64,000 nucleotides of DNA, taken from the IMG/VR virus record IMGVR_UViG_3300020215_000003, one strand, 5' to 3'. Below the pieces are notes generated by a model. It saw nothing but the letters and a program-made list of their open reading frames with translations. It made no database searches and was not told the origin of the DNA. The position numbers and the translations under genes were made by a program. Position 1 is the first letter of the stretch. The number at the start of each line of letters is the position of its first letter. The DNA is from an uncultured virus (IMG/VR IMGVR_UViG_3300020215_000003) (Duplodnaviria; Heunggongvirae; Uroviricota; Caudoviricetes). Shown in pieces: positions 44,834 through 53,487 of this stretch.

Positions 44834-46311
44834 GCTATCTCGGAGATTTTGCCGCTGGCGACACAGTTGATTTCAACTTCACAACCCGTCGTTTCTCGAC
44901 GGGCGCTCCGCACCAACTCGCGGGTACGCCAGCGGTGCGCGTCTACAAGGGATCGTCCACGACGGAGGATGACTCTGGCATCACGCTCACGGTTGACTTC
45001 GACTCGCGCACCGGCCTGAACCACGTCACCATCGATACTTCGGCGGACGGGACGTTCTACGCAGACGGCGGACAGTTCGAGGTGGTCATTACGGCTGGAA
45101 CGGTGGACAGCGTATCGGTGGTTGGGGAAGTGGTGGGGCGATTCACCCTGCGAGCGCAGGCGAGCTTGTACCCGACGACAGCGGGCCGCAAGCTCGACGT
45201 GACAGCAGCGGGTGAGGCTGGCATCGATTGGAACAACATCGGCAGTCCGACCACGGTCGTCAATTTGTCGGGAACGACGGTAAAGACCGCGACCGACGTG
45301 GAAACGGACACGGCTGACATCCAATCGCGTCTGCCTGCGGCACTGGTGAGCGGGCGCATGGACAGCAACATGCAGGCCGCGGCGAACGGGGTCATTACCG
45401 CAGCGGTTATCGCTGACAGCGCGATCGACCGTGCGACGTTCGCTGCGGACACCGGCATGCAAACGGTGCGCAGCAACACCGCTCAAGCAGGTGGGGCCAG
45501 CACGATCACCCTGGACGCCTCGGCAAGCGCCACCAACGACATTTACAACGACCACCTCATCTACCTCACCGGGGGCACGGGCGCAGGACAGGCCGCGTTC
45601 ATCACCGACTATGTGGGCGCGACCAAGGTCGCCACGATCAAGCCGGCCTGGGTCACTGCGCCGGATAACACCACGACGTTCGCCATCATCCCTGCGGCGA
45701 GCCTCTGGCACCAGATCATGGCCGATCATGTGGTGAGCGGCTCCACCGGCGCATCGCTCAACGCCGCTGGCTCTGCGGGCGATCCCTGGACCACAGCACT
45801 TCCGGGGGCTTACGGCGCGGGCACAGCCGGGAAGATCATCGGGGACAACCTCAACGCCACGGTGTCGAGCAGGGCGAGCCAGACATCGCTCGATACGCTC
45901 GACGACTACGTGGACTCGGAAGTGGCTGCGATCAAGGCCAAGACGGATCAGCTCACGTTCACGACGGCCAACAAGGTAGATGCGACCATTCAGGCCGCAG
46001 GCGACTTTGCTCAGGGTGCAGCAGACAAGGCATGGTCATCTGGCACCAGAACTCTCACCGCCATTGGCTCGGGCGTCATCGCTGCGGCGGAACTCAACAA
46101 CATCGCGGACGCGCTGCTCAAGCGCGATTGGTCAAGCGTCTCTGGTGAAGCCGCGCGGTCAGTCCTCAACGCCCTGCGCAAGCTCCGCAACGAATGGTCG
46201 ATCAGCGGCACGACCCTGACGGTGAAGAAAGAGGATGATTCTACCACAGCTTACACGCAGACGCTGACTGCAACGGCCGGAGCGGACCCGATTACGGCAG
46301 TGGATAACTGA
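44830..46311 (+). CDS. Putative tail fiber/virion protein
   Basis: 493 aa, A/T-rich; AQAG...TITLDA.ASA..D.Y and AGDPW...LPG.Y..GTAG. Confidence 0.7.
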   Translation: MSYLGDFAAGDTVDFNFTTRRFSTGAPHQLAGTPAVRVYKGSSTTEDDSGITLTVDFDSRTGLNHVTIDTSADGTFYADGGQFEVVITAGTVDSVSVVGEVVGRFTLRAQASLYPTTAGRKLDVTAAGEAGIDWNNIGSPTTVVNLSGTTVKTATDVETDTADIQSRLPAALVSGRMDSNMQAAANGVITAAVIADSAIDRATFAADTGMQTVRSNTAQAGGASTITLDASASATNDIYNDHLIYLTGGTGAGQAAFITDYVGATKVATIKPAWVTAPDNTTTFAIIPAASLWHQIMADHVVSGSTGASLNAAGSAGDPWTTALPGAYGAGTAGKIIGDNLNATVSSRASQTSLDTLDDYVDSEVAAIKAKTDQLTFTTANKVDATIQAAGDFAQGAADKAWSSGTRTLTAIGSGVIAAAELNNIADALLKRDWSSVSGEAARSVLNALRKLRNEWSISGTTLTVKKEDDSTTAYTQTLTATAGADPITAVDN

Positions 46312-46312
46312 C

Positions 46313-46609
46313 GTGGCTCAACATGGCTTCCTGGATTTCGTCGGCTATCCGGTTGGCGTGCCGGACACAGAGCCGGAAGTCGGCTACCGCGGCATCGTCG
46401 ATTGGACGGGTCTGCCTGCGGGAGCGGTGACAAGCGGGCCCCGATGTGGCCTGGTCGGCATCATCGACTGGACCGGCATCCCGTGTGGTGGTGGTACGAC
46501 GGCCCGGCGCCGAGGTGCGGTGAAGAAGAAAAAGCGACTCGCCGACTGGAAACGCCGGCATGACGACGAACTGATCCTGGCGATGGTCTTGGGACTTGAG
46601 GACGAATGA
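46313..46609 (+). CDS. Small protein with three internal repeats
   Basis: GFLDFVGYP, GIVDWTGLP and GIIDWTGIP; ends DDELILAMVL. Confidence 0.6.
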   Translation: MAQHGFLDFVGYPVGVPDTEPEVGYRGIVDWTGLPAGAVTSGPRCGLVGIIDWTGIPCGGGTTARRRGAVKKKKRLADWKRRHDDELILAMVLGLEDE

Positions 46610-47121
46610 TGTGCCCGAAGTGCAATGAACGCGAAGGCATCCCCTTCCTCGAAGGGCTGTGCAGACTCTGCGATATGTTCCAGTCCCAGACTCCTCCTCA
46701 ATCGAGGAGCGACCGCGAGTTCCTCATGGGCTCGGCCAACGGCTCTCAGTTCGAGAAGAACCCCGCCATGGGGGACTACTACGCCAAGAAAGCCAAGAAG
46801 GCCGGGGTCTCCCTCGCAGGCAAGGTCTACAAGCACAGCCTGGCGCGCTACGCCGGCGACCCCAGAGCATGGGTGTCGGACCGGGGGGACGTGAAGCGCA
46901 TCTGCGAGCAAGAGGGCTGGGGGTGCAACGGCGCTGTGCAGAACAAGCTGCGCGAGCAAGAACCTCCGAAGCCGGTGGACATCGCGCCGCACCTCTTGAA
47001 GAAGTACGTCAAGCAAGAGCTGAAGAAGGAAGGCGGACCAGTGACCCCCAGACGACTAGAGGACGTGACGGAGCGGGTGAAGAACAAGATCAAACGAGGC
47101 TCAAAGAAGAGGGGGGCATAA
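46606..47121 (+). CDS. Hypothetical basic protein with N-terminal CxxC motifs
   Basis: Coupled ORF; LARY.GDPRAWV. Confidence 0.65.
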   Translation: MMCPKCNEREGIPFLEGLCRLCDMFQSQTPPQSRSDREFLMGSANGSQFEKNPAMGDYYAKKAKKAGVSLAGKVYKHSLARYAGDPRAWVSDRGDVKRICEQEGWGCNGAVQNKLREQEPPKPVDIAPHLLKKYVKQELKKEGGPVTPRRLEDVTERVKNKIKRGSKKRGA

Positions 47122-47122
47122 G

Positions 47123-47542
47123 GTGGCGACGTTCAACAAGATAAATTCGTTCGTGGAGGCAGTTGCGGAGGAAGTGCATCAACTCGCCAGCGACACCTTG
47201 AAGGTCATGCTGACCAACACCGCGCCGGTGGCCACGAACACCGTGAAGGCCAACCTCACCGAAATCTCGGCCGGCAACGGCTACACCGCGGGCGGTACAC
47301 AAGCCAGCCAGTCGAGCAGTGCGCAGTCCTCGGGCACGTACAAACTCGTGCTCGGGGACGTGACGTTCACTGCGTCGGGTGGGTCGATTGGACCGCTCAG
47401 ATACGTCGTGCTTTACAACGACACGGCCACGAATGACGAGTTGATCGGCTGGTGGGACTACGGCTCGTCGATCACTCTGGCGGATGGCGAGTCTCTCACC
47501 GTGGACTTCTCGGCAGTCAATGGCGTACTCACGATCACATAA
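47123..47542 (+). CDS. Conserved phage structural protein
   Basis: FNK...F...H.L.SDTLKV.L...GY.AGG...LI.WWDYG...L..GE. Confidence 0.75.
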   Translation: MATFNKINSFVEAVAEEVHQLASDTLKVMLTNTAPVATNTVKANLTEISAGNGYTAGGTQASQSSSAQSSGTYKLVLGDVTFTASGGSIGPLRYVVLYNDTATNDELIGWWDYGSSITLADGESLTVDFSAVNGVLTIT

Positions 47543-48717
47543 TGGCCGTCTCCCATGTAGGATCGCAGGCGGGCTCGGGGGCCAGCACGACTGGCCTCAC
47601 GCTCCTCATACCGGCCGGCACCCAGACGGACGACGTGCTGTTCCTGTCGCTCATGAACGCAGGCGCAGCAGCGGACGCGACGGTGGCGGACAACGACTCC
47701 GGTGGGAACACCTGGGCCCTGATGCACGGACGCGACAACGGCACCGCCAGAGCAGCGGTGTGGTGGAAGCGCGCCACCGCGAATACAGCCTCCAAGACCA
47801 TCACCATCTCGGGCTGCACGGACTCATGCTCGGGAGGGGTTTCGGTCTACCGGGGGGCGTCAACCGGGACTCCCTACGAAGAGGCGGGGAGCCAGCTCAG
47901 AGGGTCGGGCAACGAGACTGCCACGGGGATCACGACGACCCAGAACGGGGCGATGGTATGCTTCTCGGTTTTCAACCATACCAACGACAACTCGCTCCTG
48001 TCGAACGTCTCGACGACCAGTCCTGGAACCCTGACGACGCGCTTTCAGCACCTGAGTTCGGGAGGGAACGACTCATCGTGCGCGCATGCGAGCGAGGTGC
48101 TGACCACCGCTGGGGCGACGGGAGACTTCACCTGGTCCCAAGCAGATGCAGCTACGACGGTCATCAAGTGGGCGGTCGTTCCACCGACTTTGACGAGTTA
48201 CACAATCGAGGCCGAGGCCGCGGCTTTTATCCTCACAGGGCAGGACATCCTTTTCCAGAGGGTCATGGTTGCGGAGGTGGGGGCGTTTGTTCTGACCGGG
48301 CAAGATGTGTCGTTCGGGAGCGCACGCACTCTCGACGCGGGGTTTGGCGCGTTCACCCTGACGGGGCAGAATGCGAACCTCCTGTATCATCGGGTGCTCA
48401 CTGCCGGGACGGGGGAGTTCCTGTTCACGGGGCAGGACGTTGGCATCGGTCGCCCAAGGTCGATCATCGCCGACACGGGCGAGTTCACCCTGACAAGTCA
48501 GGATGCGACGTTCCGCAGGACGTACATCATGGTCGCGGACGCGGGGAGCTTCACCCTGACGGGTCAGGACGTGACTTTCACCGCAGAGGCCCTGCCGGAT
48601 GCAACGCCAATTCGCGTGGATGAATCCCGTGCGGGGTTCACGCGCGTCGAGGTGAGCGGGACCACACATGGCCGCGTGGACGATGGAGACATAAGCCGCC
48701 GCTTGAGGCCGGAGTGA
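47542..48717 (+). CDS. Virion fiber-like protein with six roughly 20-aa C-terminal repeats
   Basis: TAATG coupling; repeats of consensus A..G.F.LTGQD at about 48200-48590. Confidence 0.7.
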   Translation: MAVSHVGSQAGSGASTTGLTLLIPAGTQTDDVLFLSLMNAGAAADATVADNDSGGNTWALMHGRDNGTARAAVWWKRATANTASKTITISGCTDSCSGGVSVYRGASTGTPYEEAGSQLRGSGNETATGITTTQNGAMVCFSVFNHTNDNSLLSNVSTTSPGTLTTRFQHLSSGGNDSSCAHASEVLTTAGATGDFTWSQADAATTVIKWAVVPPTLTSYTIEAEAAAFILTGQDILFQRVMVAEVGAFVLTGQDVSFGSARTLDAGFGAFTLTGQNANLLYHRVLTAGTGEFLFTGQDVGIGRPRSIIADTGEFTLTSQDATFRRTYIMVADAGSFTLTGQDVTFTAEALPDATPIRVDESRAGFTRVEVSGTTHGRVDDGDISRRLRPE

Positions 48718-48720
48718 CCG

Positions 48721-49854
48721 ATGCCGCTGACGACATACATGGACCTGGTTCAGCATGCGTTAGATTACCTCAACGCATCTACCTCTCCCGAGATGGAGAG
48801 GGCCGCGCGCCGCTCTGTACAGGCGGCGTATCAGGACATCGTGAACTTCAAGCGCTGGTCGTACTACATGCACGAAGGGCGATTAGCGACCGTAGCCCCA
48901 TACTCGACGGGCACGGTGGTCTACACGAACAGTACGAGAGAACTGACCCTGACCGGCGGAACCTGGCCAACGTGGGCGGCGCGCGGAGTGGTGCGCTTCA
49001 GCGACGTCTATTACCAGGTCTCCGAGAGGACCAGCAGCACGGTCATCAAGCTCAACTCCGCCTCCAACCCTGGGGAGGATGTGGCGAGCACGACGTTCGA
49101 GATCTGGCGCGACTGCTTCTCCTTGCCGACGGACTTTCAATCGATGGGCCAGGTGGTCATCGTCGGCAACTCGATGATGCTCGACTACATCCACCCAAAT
49201 GACTGGCTTCAGTCGCAGAGGATCTACCACGGTGGGTCCACCCCTTCGATCTACACGATCACCGGAGACCCCGATTTCCAGAACGGCATGGCCATCCGCT
49301 TCTTCCCGTTCCCCGACAGTGCTTACACCCTGGCGTACCTCTACCAGAGGCGTCCGAGGGACCTGAAGATCCTGGAGGAGTCAGCGGGGACCGTCTCGAC
49401 CACGAGTGGCTCGACGACGGTGACTGGATCTGGGACGGCATTTACGAGCGGTATGGTGGGGTCGGTGATCCGCTTTGGCACGACCGCGGTGGGGGACAAG
49501 CCCACGGGTTTGTCGGGGGCGGCGCCCTACCATATCGAGAGAATCATCACGGCGTATTCGAGCGCCACGTCGGTGACGATTGACGCAGATCCGGGTGAAA
49601 GTTTGTCGTCGGTGGTGTATAGTGTAAGTGACCCTGCGGACCTTGAACCCGGGGCCATGACGACGTTCCTTTACCGAAGCATCGAGCATCACTGCCGGCT
49701 GATCCGCAGGATGCCCACGACGAATGTGGACGAGGGACGTTATCGAGACGCCTTGATTCTCGCGCAAGAAGCCGATTCGCGCAGCTTTTCCCCCCGCCTA
49801 AATGGAGTGACTTACTATCCGCAACGACTTGCGGATATGCCCGTCACCTTTTAG
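48721..49854 (+). CDS. Head-tail adaptor (tail tubular A-like) with inserted beta domains
   Basis: TYMDLV...L, W.Y, SLP.DF, P..YTI and FFP.PD.AY...Y.Y. Confidence 0.7.
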   Translation: MPLTTYMDLVQHALDYLNASTSPEMERAARRSVQAAYQDIVNFKRWSYYMHEGRLATVAPYSTGTVVYTNSTRELTLTGGTWPTWAARGVVRFSDVYYQVSERTSSTVIKLNSASNPGEDVASTTFEIWRDCFSLPTDFQSMGQVVIVGNSMMLDYIHPNDWLQSQRIYHGGSTPSIYTITGDPDFQNGMAIRFFPFPDSAYTLAYLYQRRPRDLKILEESAGTVSTTSGSTTVTGSGTAFTSGMVGSVIRFGTTAVGDKPTGLSGAAPYHIERIITAYSSATSVTIDADPGESLSSVVYSVSDPADLEPGAMTTFLYRSIEHHCRLIRRMPTTNVDEGRYRDALILAQEADSRSFSPRLNGVTYYPQRLADMPVTF

Positions 49855-49866
49855 GCCGGGGAAGTC

Positions 49867-50316
49867 ATGCCGTTTGGACTCGCCGAACTCACCTTCTCCC
49901 TGGACACCTCCGCCTACGGTTCAGGAGACGTCCTCGCCGACACTCAGGAATTGGCCTCCTTCTTCCCCGCCTCGGGGCACACGGTCGTCCTGCGCTCGGT
50001 CGTCTTGATCGACGAGGATGACCAGGGCATCGCTCTGGACCTGCACTTCTTCGATTCCAACGTCAGCCTGGGAACAGAGAACGCCGCGCCCAACATCTCG
50101 GACGCCAACCTGCGCACGAGTCTGGGGTCGATTGCCATTGCGGGCGGCGACTACAAGGACCTGGGTGGCGCGCGGTCGGCGACGTTGCGCGGGCTGGATT
50201 TGTTCCTGAAGGGCGCGGCTGGATCGACGAGTTTGTGGGTGGGGGCAGTGACCGGAGGCACCCCGACACACACGGCCTCGGGATTGCGCTTGAGGCTTGG
50301 GTACGAGTGGCATTAA
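49867..50316 (+). CDS. Putative virion protein, paralog of 29441-29905
   Basis: Collinear similarity over the full length. Confidence 0.7.
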   Translation: MPFGLAELTFSLDTSAYGSGDVLADTQELASFFPASGHTVVLRSVVLIDEDDQGIALDLHFFDSNVSLGTENAAPNISDANLRTSLGSIAIAGGDYKDLGGARSATLRGLDLFLKGAAGSTSLWVGAVTGGTPTHTASGLRLRLGYEWH

Positions 50317-50328
50317 CAGGAGACGATC

Positions 50329-50793
50329 ATGGGGGTTCCCCGTGTTTATACCGGATATGGCGCGGCGGCGGTCGGCACGAACCTGACGTTGGTGACGCTG
50401 ATCGGCGCGACCAACATTCGCCCCGGCCTGTCGTACTTGTCCATCGGCTGCAGTGCCGCGCCCGTGGATGCAGCGACAAAGTTCCGCGTTCTGCGCTGCA
50501 CCACTACCGGCACGCCGAGCGCGTCTGTCACACCGCAAGCGAACGATCCGGGCGACCCTGCTTCCTTATGCACGGTGGGCGGCGGTGCGTTTGGCGGTGC
50601 CAACGAACCCACCTACACTGCGGCGGCGATCAATCGCACATGGAACCTGAACCAACGCAACACGCTTCAGTGGGGTGCCTATCCGGGACGTGAGATCATG
50701 GTGCCAGCGACGGCCAACAATGGCCTGGGCATCCGCTCCATCGCGTCTACAGGCTCGGCGGAACACGAGGCGATGATTGAGTGGATCGAATGA
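50329..50793 (+). CDS. Putative virion protein
   Basis: AGGAG RBS; beta-rich. Confidence 0.65.
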   Translation: MGVPRVYTGYGAAAVGTNLTLVTLIGATNIRPGLSYLSIGCSAAPVDAATKFRVLRCTTTGTPSASVTPQANDPGDPASLCTVGGGAFGGANEPTYTAAAINRTWNLNQRNTLQWGAYPGREIMVPATANNGLGIRSIASTGSAEHEAMIEWIE

Positions 50794-51068
50794 GGCGCAG
50801 CAGCATTCACGCAGACGGGTTCGTCATTGTGGACGACCGGCAAGTGGCGGACACGCTTCAATGCGTTCACTGCATGGCCCACTTCGAGGTGGTTCCGGGG
50901 AGCGGGAACAAGCGAGGTTTCTGTACGAAGTGCGCCGGGCCGACGTGTTCTCCGAAGTGCTCGGGGAAATGCGTGCCTGCAGAACAATGGCTCACGAATG
51001 TCGAGAAGGGGCTGCCGGAGGATTTCGTGCCGGTGATTGTGTCGGTGCCGAGGAGCATCCATGGCTGA
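50790..51068 (+). CDS. Cys-rich zinc-binding protein
   Basis: CVHC, CTKC and CSPKC...C. Confidence 0.65.
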   Translation: MRRSSIHADGFVIVDDRQVADTLQCVHCMAHFEVVPGSGNKRGFCTKCAGPTCSPKCSGKCVPAEQWLTNVEKGLPEDFVPVIVSVPRSIHG

Positions 51069-51240
51069 GCCTGCCCGCCCCGTGATGGTCATCGAGGACT
51101 TTCCGGGGCTACTCACCAACGCGGATCCGGTTGATTACCCGCCTGGAGGCGCGGAGGAGCAGGTTAACGCCTGCTCTCACCGCGTTGGTGAGCTGGTGGT
51201 CCGTAGGGGCCTTGCCGAGGTTACGTTTGAGGGGAACTAG
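51061..51240 (+). CDS. 59-aa protein resembling the N-terminus of tail nozzle/stabilization proteins
   Basis: GAGGAG RBS; IEDFPGL.TNADP...PPG.A..Q.N......GEL..RRG. Confidence 0.6.
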   Translation: MAEPARPVMVIEDFPGLLTNADPVDYPPGGAEEQVNACSHRVGELVVRRGLAEVTFEGN

Positions 51241-51293
51241 ACCACCTGCGCAAAATGCGCAGGTGGTCTATCAATGTTTTCTGGGGTTTTCTG

Positions 51294-51809
51294 ATGTTCG
51301 TCGGTTACGTTGCCCTAAGCTCTGCGGTCCGCGGCACGCACGTCACGAAGAACTCGTCGAGTGTGCCGACGAACGCTGACTCCACCCCGACGTTCCGGGT
51401 CTACGGGCCCTCGGGGACGCTGATGACCAACGGCACCGGCTCATTGACCCAGAAGGACACTGGGTCGATCACCGGGGCCACGAATGCCACGCCAATCGTC
51501 ATCACGAGCACGAACCACAAGCTATCAACCGGGAACCGGGTCACCATCACCGGGGTCCAGGGCAACACGGCAGCCAACGGCACGTTCAACGTCACCGTGC
51601 TCACGGCCAACACGTTCTCGCTGGATAGCTCGGTTGGCAACGGCAGCTATACCAGCGGCGGATCATGGAATCTCAGCGGGGTGTATGACTTCTCGATCAC
51701 TCCCACTGCGGCGAATGGGTATGCGTCGGGCAGCACTTACCTCGTCCTGGTGACGGACATCGTGAGTTCAGTGACCAAGGTGGGGACGTATCGGTTCACG
51801 GTGACATGA
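51294..51809 (+). CDS. Virion protein with an E1-FCCH-like beta domain
   Basis: ITGATNATPIVIT...H.L.TG..VTI.GV.GNTAANGT; the same domain occurs in 53487-55730. Confidence 0.7.
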   Translation: MFVGYVALSSAVRGTHVTKNSSSVPTNADSTPTFRVYGPSGTLMTNGTGSLTQKDTGSITGATNATPIVITSTNHKLSTGNRVTITGVQGNTAANGTFNVTVLTANTFSLDSSVGNGSYTSGGSWNLSGVYDFSITPTAANGYASGSTYLVLVTDIVSSVTKVGTYRFTVT

Positions 51810-52231
51810 GTTATCTCGGGCGAGCGCAGCTTGGCCAGACCATCTGCCCGTACCTTCAGTGCGTGGATGCGTCCGGTTCTCCGGTGCTCCCTGACGACCC
51901 ACCCCAGATCAAGATTCGCGCCTCGACGGGCAACATCATCATCGTGGCTGCGGAAATGCCCCTGGTCGAGCGCTTCGTGCAGACGGGACTCTTCAAGTAC
52001 CCGCTGTACCTGGGATCGCAGTACACGACGGGTCTGTACGAGGTGAACTACTACTACCGCTCGGGGGCGCACTACGGTCTGGAGTCGGACAACTTCGAGA
52101 TCGTACCAGCGGGTCACGCGGACGGGCAGGTCTTAAACATGCACTTCTACAACCGCCCGCATGCGCAGTTCATCGTGTACGGCACCGAGACCGGGGCCAT
52201 CGTTCGCGGACGAAAACCCACCGTGAGGTAG
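51806..52231 (+). CDS. Hypothetical virion protein
   Basis: ATGA-coupled; MSYLG start as in 44830. Confidence 0.6.
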   Translation: MSYLGRAQLGQTICPYLQCVDASGSPVLPDDPPQIKIRASTGNIIIVAAEMPLVERFVQTGLFKYPLYLGSQYTTGLYEVNYYYRSGAHYGLESDNFEIVPAGHADGQVLNMHFYNRPHAQFIVYGTETGAIVRGRKPTVR

Positions 52232-52233
52232 AC

Positions 52234-52764
52234 GTGCAAGGAGTGATCCTGAGCGGGTGGTTCGAGGTTCACTGCGAGGGTGAGTGCGTGCGCATTAGCA
52301 ACGGCATCACCCAGCAGGGCCTCAACCATGCGCTTCTGAAGCACTTCAACCCATCGCTTCAGGCACAGACTTGGTATGCGGGACTCATCGACGACGTGGG
52401 GTTCACGGGGATCTCGGATTCGGACACGCACGCGAGTCATTCGGGATGGTCGGAATTGACCAGCCTTGCTTCAGCGGACCGAGCGCGAATCCGCATGGCC
52501 ACCCCGACCTCGAAGGTGGCGATCCACAGCCCACTTGCGGTCGGGGAGAACGCGATTGACCTGTTGCCTCTGGTTCCCGGATCGTCTCACCCCGCGGCCG
52601 TGAAGATCCGGGGGGTGTTCATGGCCAACATCGCCACGGTGGGGAGCACGAGTTCGGGCGGGGTGCTCTGGTCCACGGGGCTCTTCGACGCGCCCCGGAC
52701 TTACCAGGCTGGGGCAAGGCTGACCATCGTTTACGGCTGCACGGCATCGGAGCGTTCGACGTGA
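52234..52764 (+). CDS. Putative tail protein, tandem paralog A
   Basis: NGIT..GL, DT..SH.GW, IRG.F and LWSTGLF shared with the next gene. Confidence 0.7.
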   Translation: MQGVILSGWFEVHCEGECVRISNGITQQGLNHALLKHFNPSLQAQTWYAGLIDDVGFTGISDSDTHASHSGWSELTSLASADRARIRMATPTSKVAIHSPLAVGENAIDLLPLVPGSSHPAAVKIRGVFMANIATVGSTSSGGVLWSTGLFDAPRTYQAGARLTIVYGCTASERST

Positions 52765-53282
52765 GCGCGGAGTTCCATGTCACCTGGGAAGGGAACGACG
52801 GCGAGCGCTGGGAGGAGACGGTCCCCAACGGCATCACCGACGAAGGACTCACGGCGCTACTTGCTTCGGCGCTTGTTCTGAGCCAGGCAGCTACTTGGAA
52901 GATGGGGCTCATCTACGGAAGCGGGGGGGATGGGCTGACAACCCCGGTGTTCTCAGCGGTGGCGGCGACGGACACGAGCACGAGTCATCCGGGGTGGGCG
53001 AGGTATGGGTCGTTTGCCGAAGTGGGTTCATCGACCTCGCACTCGACTTCTCCGGCGTTCAGCGTAAGCGGCACGACGGTCACGATGAGTTCACCCCTGG
53101 CGTTCACCATGAACACCTCGTACCGGGGGAACGTGTATATCCGGGGGATTTTCCTGATTACCCAATCTCCTGCGGGACTCTGGAGCACGGGGTTGTTTTC
53201 CTCGGCGCGTCAGGTGGGTCACGGGGGCGGGATTCTGACGGTCAAGTACAGTTGCTCGGCTGCGGCCGGCATTACTCCATGA
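52761..53282 (+). CDS. Putative tail protein, tandem paralog B
   Basis: Same motif series as the previous gene. Confidence 0.7.
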   Translation: MSAEFHVTWEGNDGERWEETVPNGITDEGLTALLASALVLSQAATWKMGLIYGSGGDGLTTPVFSAVAATDTSTSHPGWARYGSFAEVGSSTSHSTSPAFSVSGTTVTMSSPLAFTMNTSYRGNVYIRGIFLITQSPAGLWSTGLFSSARQVGHGGGILTVKYSCSAAAGITP

Positions 53283-53289
53283 GGCATTT

Positions 53290-53487
53290 ATGGTCTACGC
53301 AAGTGTGCATCTTCCCGTTCCGCAGAGGGACGTGAGCCGGATCTACCAGACCAACCTGACGGTGGCGGCGCTGCCGAATCCGGGTGGTCATGAGGAGATC
53401 GACCAGACCTTCGTCATCACGCAGAAATCGGTGCCCGAAGTGTCATCGGGCAATGACGACAACATCAGCAGCGGCCGGAGCAGCTAG
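53290..53487 (+). CDS. Small hypothetical protein
   Basis: GAGG upstream; abuts the next gene. Confidence 0.45.
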   Translation: MVYASVHLPVPQRDVSRIYQTNLTVAALPNPGGHEEIDQTFVITQKSVPEVSSGNDDNISSGRSS